Program-made: the position numbers and the translations under genes
Shown: piece after piece, positions 1-10,630 of the stretch
Layout: the number at the start of each line of letters is the position of its first letter
How positions within the stretch are numbered: position 1 is the first letter of the stretch
The notes under the pieces: generated by a model
Told to the model about the DNA's origin: nothing
The model's database searches: none
The model's input: the letters and a program-made list of their open reading frames with translations, nothing else
Assembly: GCA_040383345.1 (NCBI GenBank)
Contig: JBEIDU010000004.1
Span: 2,635-66,634 of the forward strand
DNA: 64,000 nt
Reading direction: 5' to 3'
Source of the DNA: Chitinophagales bacterium
GTDB lineage: Bacteria > Bacteroidota > Bacteroidia > Chitinophagales > JADJOU01

Positions 1-1661
1 GCCGATTTTATGAAAAAATAAGCAGAGTCCATGTTCTTTTCGTTGTAGTATATGACACCAAGATTGAAATTAGCATCAAAAAATCGCATAGAACGATATT
101 CCATAGCTTTATAGTAATATGATTTTGCTTTTGAATTATCTTTATCTCTTTTAAAATATAAGTTTCCTAATAAAAGCCATGTTTGACTGTTTTTGGGATA
201 AATAGATAATGAATGATTTAGAATATCTTCTCCTTTCTTATACAAATCCTTTTTTAAAGAAACATTTTTGATCGTGTCGCCCATTTCCAAATAAGTACCG
301 CCAAGCGCAGTAGCTACTTTGGCGCTTTGATTGGATGTTTTGTAATCCGCTTCAAATAATGTAAAATTATTTTTCCAATCTTGATTTCTAGCAATCGTTT
401 TACATGAAAGTAACATGAAATAAATCGCTAACAAACCTAATACAATAGATTTGTATTTTGAATTGGATAATTTATATAAAAAATAGGCTACGATCAATGA
501 AAATCCTAATGAAGGAACAAATACAAATCGTTCATTCATAATAATTCCCACTTGGAAAAACACATTGGAAACAATTGAAAAAGTAGTAATAAAAAATACC
601 AAGCCAAACCAAATTATAGATTTAGAGACTCTATTTTTAAAAAGATAAAAACACAACGTTCCTATTGTAAATAAAATAACTAAAGCTATTGGGCTACTGA
701 TACTTTTATATGGAATTTGATTGAAATAATAGTCGTGCGTTAGTGGGTGCGGAACTAATAATAGCTTAAAATAAAGCCAAAATGAATAGAGTACCGTTCC
801 CCATCGTTCAGTACCTTTTGCGAAAATGAAGGGATTGTTTAATATCTCGGAAGATTCCGCAGTGACACTAGACTCAGTATAATAAAATCGGAAACATAAA
901 TATATAATAATAGCTGAAAATATAGCTAAATATGGTTTTAAGTATAGTTTATCCAAAATAGTATTCTTTTTATAATAGAGAATAATGGGGAAAATTGCTA
1001 GAAATGTTATAGCATTTTCCTTGCTAAAAAGTGCAAAAAAAAGTGTAAAAAATAATTTATAAATGCTTTTGGATGATGGCTTTTCAATGTATGAAATAAA
1101 ACATAAAAAGGATGAAACGCCGAGAAGTAATGCCAAGATTTCATCTCGTCCTTTTATATTAGCTACTACTTCAGTGTGAATAGGATGGATACAAAAAAGA
1201 AAAGCACATAGAAATGGAATACTAAATACAAGGTCTTTTATAGATTTGAAAGGCCTGAAATTAAATAATTTGTATATAAAAATGAAAATAAAACTACATA
1301 GTAAACCATATAAAATAGTATTGATAAAATGGCTAATAGAAGGATTTTGTCCAAAAAAAGCCCATTCAATTGCAAACGTAATAAAAGATAAAGGTCTGTA
1401 ACGGCCACCACTTATCAATTTAGCGCCATGTTCTCCAAAAAAACCAACAAATGCATCGTGCGTAATTAAATCTTGAATTCCACCAAATCCTTTTTTAACA
1501 AAGTTGTTTTCATAAATAGCCAATTGGTCATCTAATGTATAATCATGACTCCAAGTATTGGCATAAAGAATTAAGGATGTGATAAATAATAAAATGCTTC
1601 CTAAGAAAAACTCTTTGGCTATAAAGCCATAAATAGAAGAAGTTACTTTTTCTAAATTCAT
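1..1661 (-). CDS. TMTC/DUF1736-like GT-C membrane glycosyltransferase with C-terminal TPRs (3' end runs off the window start; not in ORF track)
   Basis: Manual translation from ATG at 1661: MNLEK...LYANTWSHDYTLDD...GGRYRPLS...HPIHTEVVANIKGRDE...SKENA...HPLTHDY...ERFVFVPSLG...RNQDWKNN, then TPR-like FDANFNLGVIYY in the same frame near base 60. Confidence 0.85.
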   Translation of the reverse strand, partial: MNLEKVTSSIYGFIAKEFFLGSILLFITSLILYANTWSHDYTLDDQLAIYENNFVKKGFGGIQDLITHDAFVGFFGEHGAKLISGGRYRPLSFITFAIEWAFFGQNPSISHFINTILYGLLCSFIFIFIYKLFNFRPFKSIKDLVFSIPFLCAFLFCIHPIHTEVVANIKGRDEILALLLGVSSFLCFISYIEKPSSKSIYKLFFTLFFALFSKENAITFLAIFPIILYYKKNTILDKLYLKPYLAIFSAIIIYLCFRFYYTESSVTAESSEILNNPFIFAKGTERWGTVLYSFWLYFKLLLVPHPLTHDYYFNQIPYKSISSPIALVILFTIGTLCFYLFKNRVSKSIIWFGLVFFITTFSIVSNVFFQVGIIMNERFVFVPSLGFSLIVAYFLYKLSNSKYKSIVLGLLAIYFMLLSCKTIARNQDWKNNFTLFEADYKTSNQSAKVATALGGTYLEMGDTIKNVSLKKDLYKKGEDILNHSLSIYPKNSQTWLLLGNLYFKRDKDNSKAKSYYYKAMEYRSMRFFDANFNLGVIYYNEKNMDSAYFFIKS

Positions 1662-1834
1662 AAGAAATATGAGATATTTTAATAAAATAAGGTTTACAAA
1701 TATATTTGAAAAAATCTTAAAAAAAGTTTTTATTAGATGAATTTCATATTTTTAATTTATATTTGTGAGTTTTTAAAAATAGTTGTAATTTTTGAAAAAC
1801 AAATTTGAATTTAAAGTTGATTTACTAAAATATA

Positions 1835-2860
1835 TTGAACAAAATGAAATCGTTTTTAGTTATATTTTTTATTTCTTTAAGTATGGTTTCGGGCTATGCA
1901 CAGGAATATAATGAAGAAAAAACAATAGCTGAATTAGAGAAATATATGGCCAATCCAAAGGCCTTTTATGATAAAATTCAAGCATTGAATAATAAGATAA
2001 AGGAAGCCAATAAAAATAGCCTTCAAGTAGCAGAAGAATATTCCAAACAACTCAATGAAAGAGACAGTATTATTGATTCGTTTAAGAAGAAAATGAAAAA
2101 AGCAGTGTCGGGACCTTCTATGGCTCAAAAGCCAGTAGGTTTAGCTATAAATCCTGCCAACTCAGCACCTACAGCTACTCCATCAATGGCTATTACAACA
2201 ACTCCAAAATCAGAGAATTCTCCGGCTATGTTACCTGCCAATAATGCGAATTTGCCATATAGGGTTCAGTTATCTTCTTTTCAAAGAGAAGTTCTAAAGA
2301 ATTATTTGAAAGAACCAAAATTATTGACATTTACCACGTTAAATAACAGAAATGTTTTTGAAATTAGTGGTTTTAATAGTCCAGACGAAGCCTTTCAATT
2401 TGCACAAGAATTGCGTATAGCCAATGTTCCTGGTGCATTTGTGACAAAATATAGTGGAGGAGTGAGAGAAGAGGGATACGATTATTTAAGTAATAATCCT
2501 AAAGCAATCGCAACCTACAAATCTTCGAGATTTAAGCCTGCCATTGGGGAAAAGTCTAATGTAAAATATCCGGATTCGGAGCCAAATGGGTATTATGAAA
2601 TAATGGGTTTGCCTATTCCAAATAAAGCAGCTACACCCCCATCTAATTCAAAAGATGCAAGTACAATGAAACCTGCTGAAATAAAATCTAAATCTGTAGA
2701 ATCAGTATCTAATGCAGCACCTACGGGCAAATTCGTGAATACAAGCTCTGCCAATAAAACTTCGCTAAACAAAATTTCTACAAATACAGTACCAAAAATA
2801 GCTAAAAAAGACAAATTAGACGAAGCATTTGAACAAATGTTTGGTACAGTACCACAATAA
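1835..2860 (+). CDS. Exported coiled-coil protein with SPOR-like domain and low-complexity tail (likely start ATG 1844)
   Basis: Signal peptide (..GYAQE), coiled-coil segment, SPOR-like YRVQLSSF...GFNSPDEA...GAFV. Confidence 0.55.
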   Translation: MNKMKSFLVIFFISLSMVSGYAQEYNEEKTIAELEKYMANPKAFYDKIQALNNKIKEANKNSLQVAEEYSKQLNERDSIIDSFKKKMKKAVSGPSMAQKPVGLAINPANSAPTATPSMAITTTPKSENSPAMLPANNANLPYRVQLSSFQREVLKNYLKEPKLLTFTTLNNRNVFEISGFNSPDEAFQFAQELRIANVPGAFVTKYSGGVREEGYDYLSNNPKAIATYKSSRFKPAIGEKSNVKYPDSEPNGYYEIMGLPIPNKAATPPSNSKDASTMKPAEIKSKSVESVSNAAPTGKFVNTSSANKTSLNKISTNTVPKIAKKDKLDEAFEQMFGTVPQ

Positions 2861-2904
2861 TCATCATATTTATTTTTAAATTTAACGCAAGCATTTGACC
2901 CTAT

Positions 2905-3612
2905 ATGAAATTTAAACGGATTCTTTTAAAATTAAGCGGTGAGGCATTAATGGGAGATAAAAACTATGGGATCGATCCCAATAGACTCAATCAATATGCT
3001 TCAGATATCAAAGAAGCTAAAGAATTGGGCGTAGAAATTGCATTGGTTATCGGGGGAGGTAACATATTTAGAGGTGTACAAGCAGCTGATAATGGAATAG
3101 ATAAAGTACAAGGAGATTATATGGGTATGTTAGCTACCATGATAAATGGAATAGCATTACAGAGTGCTATTGAGAATCAAGGAGTATACACTCGTCTTAT
3201 GAGTGCGGTACAAATGGATCAAATAGCAGAGCCTTATATAAGAAGAAGAGCTGTAAGACACTTGGAAAAAGGAAGAATTGTTATTTTTGGTGCAGGTACA
3301 GGAAATCCATATTTCACAACTGATACAGCAGCAGCACTAAGAGCCACGGAAATAGGCGCGGATTTAGTTATAAAAGGAACTAATGTAGATGGAATTTATA
3401 CAGCAGATCCAAAAAAAGATCCAAATGCCTCCAAAATTGATCAATTGACATTTAAGGAAGTATACGAAAACCGTTATTCTGTAATGGATTTGACGGCATT
3501 TACACTGTGTGAAGAAAACAAAAAACCTATTTGGGTTTTTGATATGAATGTGCCAGGTAATTTAAAAAAATTATTGATGGGCGAAAAAATTGGAACTATA
3601 GTAGAAAATTAA
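2905..3612 (+). CDS. pyrH: UMP kinase
   Basis: [40 protein letters not shown] motifs. Confidence 0.98.
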   Translation: MKFKRILLKLSGEALMGDKNYGIDPNRLNQYASDIKEAKELGVEIALVIGGGNIFRGVQAADNGIDKVQGDYMGMLATMINGIALQSAIENQGVYTRLMSAVQMDQIAEPYIRRRAVRHLEKGRIVIFGAGTGNPYFTTDTAAALRATEIGADLVIKGTNVDGIYTADPKKDPNASKIDQLTFKEVYENRYSVMDLTAFTLCEENKKPIWVFDMNVPGNLKKLLMGEKIGTIVEN

Positions 3613-3642
3613 TTTTTCTAAATTTTAATCAACGATTGCATA

Positions 3643-5484
3643 ATGGCAAATCCATTGATAAACAATAATTTTTTGTACTTCATTGGAATCTTATATTCCC
3701 TATTCTATCCACAAATTGTATTTGGACAAGATAATATAGATGCTCAAATAGCAAAACAATATTTTGATCAACAAGAATTTGAAAAATCAGAAATCTTATA
3801 CAAAAAACTATATTCTCTGAGTCCAGAAAAATTTTATAAAAATTATTATTCCAATTTAATAGCACTTCGAAAATATACTGAAGCAAAAGAAATAGTTTTA
3901 AAAAAGTCAAAGCAATCATCTATAGGTATTGATTATCACTTAGACTTAGGCTATATCTATATCAAACAAAATGATAGTTTACAGGCTAGTAAAGAATTGG
4001 TTCAAGCAATAGAAAAATCTGGAAAAGATGCGTCAAGTATTGCTTCAGTTTATGAATTTTTGAAACCACTAAGGCAGTATCAATTAATAATTCAGTTATT
4101 TGAAACGGCACAAAAGAAGCAAAATAATACGCAGATATATACTAATGAATTGATTCAGTATTATTTAATTCTATCAGAAAACAAAAAAGCAGCGAATTTG
4201 TTTGTAGAAGAAATTAAAAGATTGAACGACCAAACATTTTTTGTAGCCATACAAATAGTACAGCCTTTTATAGATAATAATTCTTTTTTATTGGCATTGG
4301 AGAAGCAAGTATATGGCATGCTGGCAAAAGAGCCCAATAGTATTAAATGGAATGAAATGGCCTTGTGGCTTTCTTTGCAGACTAAAAATTATGATGATGC
4401 TATTCGTATTTCAAAATCATTGGACAAAAAAAATAACGAAAATGGTAGTAGGCTCATAGCACTAGCTGAAATGGCTAAAAGCGATAGACAATATGAAATG
4501 GCTATAGAATGCTATGACTATGTTTTTCACAAAAAAGAAAAAGCGGCGTTGTATCATCCTGCTTTTTTAAAGAAATCGGAAACGATAATTCAAAAATTGG
4601 AAAATGCTCTCATTTCGGATTCTATTGCCGTTCAAAAAATTAAAAAAGATTTTGAAGATTATTTCAATGAAAATGGATTTACTGCGCTAACGGGTGATTG
4701 TCAAATACTCTATGCTGCCTTCTATTTAAAGCAATTAAATAAACTAGATACAGCAATACATATTCTTAAAAGGCTATTGGCTATTAGTGATATTACAAAA
4801 AATACCCGTTCGATGGCAAAATTGGATTTGGGCGATTATTTAATTATCGATGGCGATATTTGGGAAGCGGCTCTAATTTATGGCCAGGTGGGAAGCGATG
4901 AAAAAGATAGTCCTTTGGGTGAAATGGCTCGATTCAAGAATGCAAAACTTTTCTACTTCAAAGGGGAGTTTGAGTTGTCTCAAGAGTTATTAAATATTCT
5001 TAAATCGGCTACATCAGAATTAATAGCTAATGATGCATTAAAAATATCCGTTTTTATTCAAGATCATTTAGATGAAGAAGCTCAGACAGATGCAATGAAA
5101 CAAGTAGCGGATGCCGAACTATATTTTCTCCAAAATCAACCCGAAAAAGCGTTTGCACTTTTAGATTCTGCAACGTCTATCAAAGCAAGTGAATCCCTTA
5201 TTGATGATATTTTGATGTTGGAAGCCGAATATTACATCTCCAAAAAAATGTTTATCCAAGCTACACAACAGTTGGAATCCTTGGTTAATAAATTTCCAAA
5301 AGAAGTATTGACCGATAAAGCCTTATTTCTTTTAGCTGAATTATATGAAAAAAATCCATCGGATATAGAAAAATCAAAAGAAATGTACATGAAAATATTA
5401 CAAAACTTTAAAGATTCAGTGTATACTACAGAAGCTAGAAAACGAATTAGATGGCTCCGAGGCGAAAATACAAACGAAAGTTAA
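3643..5484 (+). CDS. Exported tetratricopeptide repeat protein
   Basis: Signal-like N-terminus, helical TPR pattern, C-terminal SELIANDA motif typical of a conserved Bacteroidota TPR family. Confidence 0.75.
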   Translation: MANPLINNNFLYFIGILYSLFYPQIVFGQDNIDAQIAKQYFDQQEFEKSEILYKKLYSLSPEKFYKNYYSNLIALRKYTEAKEIVLKKSKQSSIGIDYHLDLGYIYIKQNDSLQASKELVQAIEKSGKDASSIASVYEFLKPLRQYQLIIQLFETAQKKQNNTQIYTNELIQYYLILSENKKAANLFVEEIKRLNDQTFFVAIQIVQPFIDNNSFLLALEKQVYGMLAKEPNSIKWNEMALWLSLQTKNYDDAIRISKSLDKKNNENGSRLIALAEMAKSDRQYEMAIECYDYVFHKKEKAALYHPAFLKKSETIIQKLENALISDSIAVQKIKKDFEDYFNENGFTALTGDCQILYAAFYLKQLNKLDTAIHILKRLLAISDITKNTRSMAKLDLGDYLIIDGDIWEAALIYGQVGSDEKDSPLGEMARFKNAKLFYFKGEFELSQELLNILKSATSELIANDALKISVFIQDHLDEEAQTDAMKQVADAELYFLQNQPEKAFALLDSATSIKASESLIDDILMLEAEYYISKKMFIQATQQLESLVNKFPKEVLTDKALFLLAELYEKNPSDIEKSKEMYMKILQNFKDSVYTTEARKRIRWLRGENTNES

Positions 5485-5496
5485 TAATAAAATGAT

Positions 5497-6762
5497 ATGA
5501 AATCTATTATTGAGAATATAATAAGCTATTGGGGTGGCGAAAGAAAAAATGTGTACTCTTTTGTTTTTTTATTTTTGATCATGTTTTTAATGGTACCAAT
5601 GCATTATCATGCAGATTTACGCCTTTTTATGCAATGGGGCCTGCATAATTATCACAAAGGATTGTCACAAATTTATGTAAATTCGGGTACGGATTATATG
5701 CCTATAACGCATTATATTCTTTATCTTTTTATGGCTGTTCAAGCAGATTTGGCAAGGCTTGAGCCCCATACACTTCCATTATTCAAGCTTATTTTTACGG
5801 CTGTAGAGTTTGTATTTGCGGTTTCGCTTTTACATTTTTTGAAAATTAAGAAAGATTGGCTTTTTTATTTCATTTTCATTGTCCTCAATCCTGCTTTTTT
5901 TTATAATTCATACGTTTGGGGACAAGTGGATAGTTTGTATACATTTATGGTTGTTATTTCATTATTTTTAGCATATAAAAGAAGAATTCCAGCCTCATAT
6001 GCCATGATGACTTTTGCTATTTTGTGCAAGTATCAAGCCATTTTTTATATACCCATATTGGGATTGATAACACTTCCGCATTTTATTTCTAAACCAATGC
6101 AAATTTTGTGGTCTTTATTGATGATAATGACGGTAATATTAGTGTTTACATTTCCGCTTGAAGACCCTACGGCAATTTTGGATGTAATGAAAAATTCGGT
6201 AGATATGTATCCTTTTCCAACGATGAATGCCTTTAATATTTGGTTTTTATTGGAAGATAAAAAAGCATTATTGGAAATAGGAACGCTCAAAGATACCAAT
6301 GCTTTTTGGGGATTGACCTACAAAACGTATGGCTATATTTTCTTTTTTACGGCCTCATTTTTTGCATTATTGCCAATGCTAAATAGAACACTTATAAATA
6401 TAAAGAATAAAACGTATGAAATTTCCTATGAACTTATAGCACTTTCTGGTGCATTGGTGGCATTGAGTTTTTTTTATTTCCTCACTCAAATGCACGAGAG
6501 ATATTGCCACGCAGCGATATTTTTTATCATAATCTATTGCTTTTCAAAACGAAAGTATTGGATATATGGCTTGTTCTCTTATGCTTATTTTGCCAATATG
6601 GAACGCATTCTCAATTTTTTTCATTTCGAAAATTTAGGAACCGTTCCTTTTCAGCCAATTACTATTTCATTAGCTTTTGGAGTTTCTTTGATATTGCTCT
6701 ATAAAGATTTATATCAAAACCATTTTCAAGAAAAATTTGTTTTAACTAAAAAAAGCATTTGA
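5497..6762 (+). CDS. Polytopic GT-C (GT87/Gpi18-like mannosyltransferase-type) glycosyltransferase
   Basis: Many TM segments; DYMP, NSYVWGQVDS, K-x-QA, NAFNIW and TQMHERY motifs. Confidence 0.7.
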   Translation: MKSIIENIISYWGGERKNVYSFVFLFLIMFLMVPMHYHADLRLFMQWGLHNYHKGLSQIYVNSGTDYMPITHYILYLFMAVQADLARLEPHTLPLFKLIFTAVEFVFAVSLLHFLKIKKDWLFYFIFIVLNPAFFYNSYVWGQVDSLYTFMVVISLFLAYKRRIPASYAMMTFAILCKYQAIFYIPILGLITLPHFISKPMQILWSLLMIMTVILVFTFPLEDPTAILDVMKNSVDMYPFPTMNAFNIWFLLEDKKALLEIGTLKDTNAFWGLTYKTYGYIFFFTASFFALLPMLNRTLINIKNKTYEISYELIALSGALVALSFFYFLTQMHERYCHAAIFFIIIYCFSKRKYWIYGLFSYAYFANMERILNFFHFENLGTVPFQPITISLAFGVSLILLYKDLYQNHFQEKFVLTKKSI

Positions 6763-7901
6763 TTTTAGTATATTTTTTCTTTTTTTCATTTCTTTTTAGC
6801 TACATAGTTTACCCTGCTTCGTTGGAATGGATGTATAGACGAAAAAAGGTATTGAATAATGATACTACAACTTCTTTTGATACAATTAGTATTCTGATTT
6901 CTGCGTATAATGAAGAAAAACATATACGAAACACCCTTGATAAATTAGTTCAGTTTGCTTCAAATACCCATATTTATATAGCCTCTGACGGAAGTAATGA
7001 TAATACCGATGGCATTATTAATCAATATTTGAATGAATATACTCAATTTCATTTTAAACGTTATGAGCGAATAGGGAAGGGAAATGCCATTAATCAATTA
7101 GTCGTAGATTTTGAATTGAAGAAGCCTCATTCTTGCTTGATTTTTTTGGATGCAAATATTGAGATAGATGCTAATACTATTAATGAACTTGTGTCTGATT
7201 TGTCTAAATCAAAAAATGGCATTGTGGGAGCAAGCGTTCATTCCACGAATTCGTTACAAAATACAGAAAGTGATTATATAGCCAGAGAGAATGAAATTAA
7301 GTTTTTGGAAGGCGCGGTTTTTGGAAATACGATTGGTGTTTTTGGCGCGTGTTTTGCTATGCGAGCCGAATTGTATGAAGAGGTGCCCCCTTATTTTATT
7401 ACCGATGACTTATTTCATACATTTCAAATTATAGAAAAAAACTACGATGTCGTCTATTCTCAAAAAGCAAAAGTATATGAATTTATTACTGATGATATAA
7501 ATAATGAATTTCAGCGAAAGAAAAGATATGCAGCGGGTAATTTTCAGATTTTTATTCGTTTTACGAGCTTGTTGAATCCATTGAAAACTTCATTTGGGTT
7601 TATTTATTGCTATTGGAATCATAAATTAGTGCGATGGTTTTCGCCTATTGTTTTTTTATTTGTATTTTTGCAGTCATTTTTATTTGAACATCAAAGTTTT
7701 ATTTTTGAATGGATTAATAAAATGGGCATAGCAATTTTGTTTTATTTGGGCTTAAATCTTATCTTATTTAAGCTTGAATTCAAGCCAATATTTGCTAAGT
7801 TTTTTTACTTTTTAGCTATGAATATAGCTATTTTGATAGGATTTTTTAATTATATAAAAGGAATAAAAAGCAATGTCTGGAACAGAAGCAAACGATTTTA
7901 G
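6759..7901 (+). CDS. Glycosyltransferase family 2 (CesA/PgaC-like, membrane-anchored)
   Basis: ISAYNEE, SDGSND, GKGNA, FLDAN, TDD and QRKKRYAAG motifs with TM helices at both ends. Confidence 0.9.
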   Translation: MILVYFFFFSFLFSYIVYPASLEWMYRRKKVLNNDTTTSFDTISILISAYNEEKHIRNTLDKLVQFASNTHIYIASDGSNDNTDGIINQYLNEYTQFHFKRYERIGKGNAINQLVVDFELKKPHSCLIFLDANIEIDANTINELVSDLSKSKNGIVGASVHSTNSLQNTESDYIARENEIKFLEGAVFGNTIGVFGACFAMRAELYEEVPPYFITDDLFHTFQIIEKNYDVVYSQKAKVYEFITDDINNEFQRKKRYAAGNFQIFIRFTSLLNPLKTSFGFIYCYWNHKLVRWFSPIVFLFVFLQSFLFEHQSFIFEWINKMGIAILFYLGLNLILFKLEFKPIFAKFFYFLAMNIAILIGFFNYIKGIKSNVWNRSKRF

Positions 7902-9093
7902 ATTGAATACCATTGAAGAAGCCTTGCACGATATTAAGCAAGGGAAATTGATAATTGTGGTAGATGATGAAGATAGAGAAAATGAAGGGGATTTTATAGC
8001 CGCTGCAGAGTTGATTACGCCAGAATTAGTCAATTTTATGGCTACGCACGGACGTGGATTGATTTGTACGCCTTTAACCGAAAAACGATGCGAGGAATTG
8101 GACTTACAGTTGATGGTGGGGAAAAATACGGTTTTACATCAAACGCAATTTACGGTATCAGTAGATTTGATAGGCGGTGGTTGTACCACAGGGATTTCAG
8201 CTCAAGATAGAGCCCAAACTATAAAAGCATTGACCGATAAGTCAACAAAACCAAATGATTTGGGTCGTCCGGGACATATTTTTCCTTTGATAGCTAGAGA
8301 AGGAGGTGTACTTCGTCGTGCAGGGCATACTGAAGCCGCAGTAGATTTGGCACGATTGGCAGGGCTTCAACCAGCAGGTGTATTGGTAGAAATCTTAAAT
8401 GAAGATGGTACGATGGCACGTTTGCCTCAATTGATTGAATTGGCAAAAAAAATGAATTTGAAAATCATTTCTATCGAAGATTTGATAGAATATAGAATGA
8501 CCCACGATAGCCTTATTCATTTGGAAGAAGTTGTGGATATGCCTACAAAATATGGAAATTTCCGTTTGGCAGCATTTTCTCAAAATAATTCTTCGGACGT
8601 ACATTTGGCACTTATTAAGGGCGAATGGGCTGAAAATGAGTCTGTAATGGTACGAGTGCACAGTAGTTGTGTTACGGGTGATATATTGCATTCGCTACGT
8701 TGCGACTGTGGAGAGCAGTTGGAGCTGGCTATGAAAATGATAGAAAAAGAAGGGAAAGGAGTTGTCCTATATATGCAGCAAGAGGGTAGAGGAATAGGAC
8801 TTATAAATAAGCTCAAAGCCTACAAATTGCAAGAACAAGGCATGGATACGGTAGAAGCTAATCTTCAACTTGGATTTAAGATGGACCAAAGAGATTATGG
8901 AATAGGCGCGCAAATTCTTCGTCAATTGAATATTCAAAAAATAAGGTTGATAAGCAATAATCCGAAAAAACGTGTGGGATTAATTGGTTATGGGTTAGAA
9001 ATAGTAGAAAATATCCCCGTAGTAGCTTGCCCAAATACACATAATGAAAAGTACCTCCAAACTAAGAAAGATAAGATGGGACATGAATTGTAA
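7873..9093 (+). CDS. ribBA: Bifunctional 3,4-dihydroxy-2-butanone-4-phosphate synthase / GTP cyclohydrolase II
   Basis: [32 protein letters not shown]...[15 protein letters not shown] motifs. Confidence 0.98.
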   Translation: MSGTEANDFRLNTIEEALHDIKQGKLIIVVDDEDRENEGDFIAAAELITPELVNFMATHGRGLICTPLTEKRCEELDLQLMVGKNTVLHQTQFTVSVDLIGGGCTTGISAQDRAQTIKALTDKSTKPNDLGRPGHIFPLIAREGGVLRRAGHTEAAVDLARLAGLQPAGVLVEILNEDGTMARLPQLIELAKKMNLKIISIEDLIEYRMTHDSLIHLEEVVDMPTKYGNFRLAAFSQNNSSDVHLALIKGEWAENESVMVRVHSSCVTGDILHSLRCDCGEQLELAMKMIEKEGKGVVLYMQQEGRGIGLINKLKAYKLQEQGMDTVEANLQLGFKMDQRDYGIGAQILRQLNIQKIRLISNNPKKRVGLIGYGLEIVENIPVVACPNTHNEKYLQTKKDKMGHEL

Positions 9094-9115
9094 AAATTTC
9101 AATCCAATATAAATC

Positions 9116-9148
9116 AAAAAGGAGAGCTAGTATGGCTCTCCTTTTTTT
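9116..9148. terminator. Rho-independent (probably bidirectional) terminator between convergent ribBA and pyrC
   Basis: AAAAA-GGAGAGCTA-gta-TGGCTCTCC-TTTTTTT. Confidence 0.85.
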
Positions 9149-9273
9149 ATAGTATAATATCTAAATCTAAAGATTCATATATAGTATACAAATGTTTATA
9201 AGTATACTTTTTCAAAAAAGTCAAATGATTTTCATCTTAGTAAATAAGAAAGCTCATTTTTTTAATTCTACTA

Positions 9274-10626
9274 TTATCTATCTTTATAGAATAGTAATCG
9301 TTTTCCATTTATTGTAGGGTTAAAAATACCATTATCATATATTAATGATCCATTTACAAAGGTTTTATCAACTTTAGATTGAAAATAAACTTCGTCAAAT
9401 GGAGACCATCCACATTTATATAATATATTTTCATGAGAAACTTTCCATGGATTATGTAAATCAATTAATGCTAGATCTGCATAATACCCTTCTCTAATAT
9501 AACCTCTTTCTTTTATTTTATATATTTCAGCTACATTATGACTTGTTTTTTGAACAATTTCCTCAAGAGATATCATCTTTTGATGGTACATTTCTAGAAG
9601 AGCACTCAAAGAATGCTGAACCAAAGGCCCTCCTGACATAGATTGTCGATAGTTGCCTTTTTTTTCTGAAATCAAATGAGGTGCATGGTCCGATGCAATA
9701 ATATCTATCTTATTATCTAGTAAAGCTTTTAAAAGTTCTTTTTGATTTTCTTTTGATTTGACGGAGGGGTTCCATTTTATCATAGCGCCCTTCGATTCAT
9801 AATCGTCCTCATTGAACCAAAGATGATGTATACATACTTCCGAAGTTATTCTTTTTTTGGATAAAGGAATATTGTTTTCCATCAAGTTGGCTTCATGTCC
9901 TGTGGTTAAGTGAAGAATATGTAGCCTACAATTGGTTCGTTTAGCTATTTTTAAAATCCGTTCTGTCGCTACAATACAGGCTTCTTCAGTTCTAATCTTT
10001 GCATGCATAGAAAATGGAATATTTTCTCCATACTCTTTACTGTATTTTGCTAAATTTTGATTGACAATATGTTCGTCTTCACTATGAAGTGCTATTAATG
10101 AGTTAGAATTTGAAAATAATTTTTCTAAAAATTCAGGATGATTGGCTATAATGCTATTTTCATTATTAAAATATAATCCATCGTCTGAAATGCCGCATAC
10201 TTTTTCATTATCTACTTTTAGCAATTCTTCAAAATTATCTTGGCAAATTCCCATGAAAAATGAATAGTTTGCAAGGGAATTTTTGGATGCAATATCGAAT
10301 TTTTCTTCTAATAAGTCGAGGGTTATCGTATTTGGAATGGTATTAGGCATATCCATAAATGATGTAACTCCTCCAGCTATAGCTGCTTTTGATTCATCAA
10401 ATATTGTAGCTTTATGAGTAAGTCCAGGTTCTCTAAAATGAACTTGATCGTCTATCATTCCCGGGATTAAATGAAGATTTTCCCCATTGATTTCATGAAA
10501 ATTAGATTGGGGATCAATAGAAATAGAGGAGCTTATTTTTTCTATACGCTCATTTTTTATAAAAATATCTGAATTAAATATTTTTCCTTCGTTTATAATA
10601 GTGGCATTTCTAATAATTGTATTCAT
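9274..10626 (-). CDS. pyrC: Dihydroorotase-family amidohydrolase (probable start MNTIIRNA at 10626); atypical metal-bridging motif
   Basis: LIPGMIDDQVHFREPG, GGVTSFMDMPNT, LHSED, HILHLT, KWNPS, ASDHAPH, YKCGWSPF. Confidence 0.85.
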   Translation of the reverse strand: MNTIIRNATIINEGKIFNSDIFIKNERIEKISSSISIDPQSNFHEINGENLHLIPGMIDDQVHFREPGLTHKATIFDESKAAIAGGVTSFMDMPNTIPNTITLDLLEEKFDIASKNSLANYSFFMGICQDNFEELLKVDNEKVCGISDDGLYFNNENSIIANHPEFLEKLFSNSNSLIALHSEDEHIVNQNLAKYSKEYGENIPFSMHAKIRTEEACIVATERILKIAKRTNCRLHILHLTTGHEANLMENNIPLSKKRITSEVCIHHLWFNEDDYESKGAMIKWNPSVKSKENQKELLKALLDNKIDIIASDHAPHLISEKKGNYRQSMSGGPLVQHSLSALLEMYHQKMISLEEIVQKTSHNVAEIYKIKERGYIREGYYADLALIDLHNPWKVSHENILYKCGWSPFDEVYFQSKVDKTFVNGSLIYDNGIFNPTINGKRLLFYKDR

Positions 10627-10630
10627 TTTA

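Noticed and set aside
7700-7873. FMN riboswitch upstream of ribBA
   Set aside because: ribBA overlaps the GT2 gene, so there is no leader, and no RFN consensus is visible.
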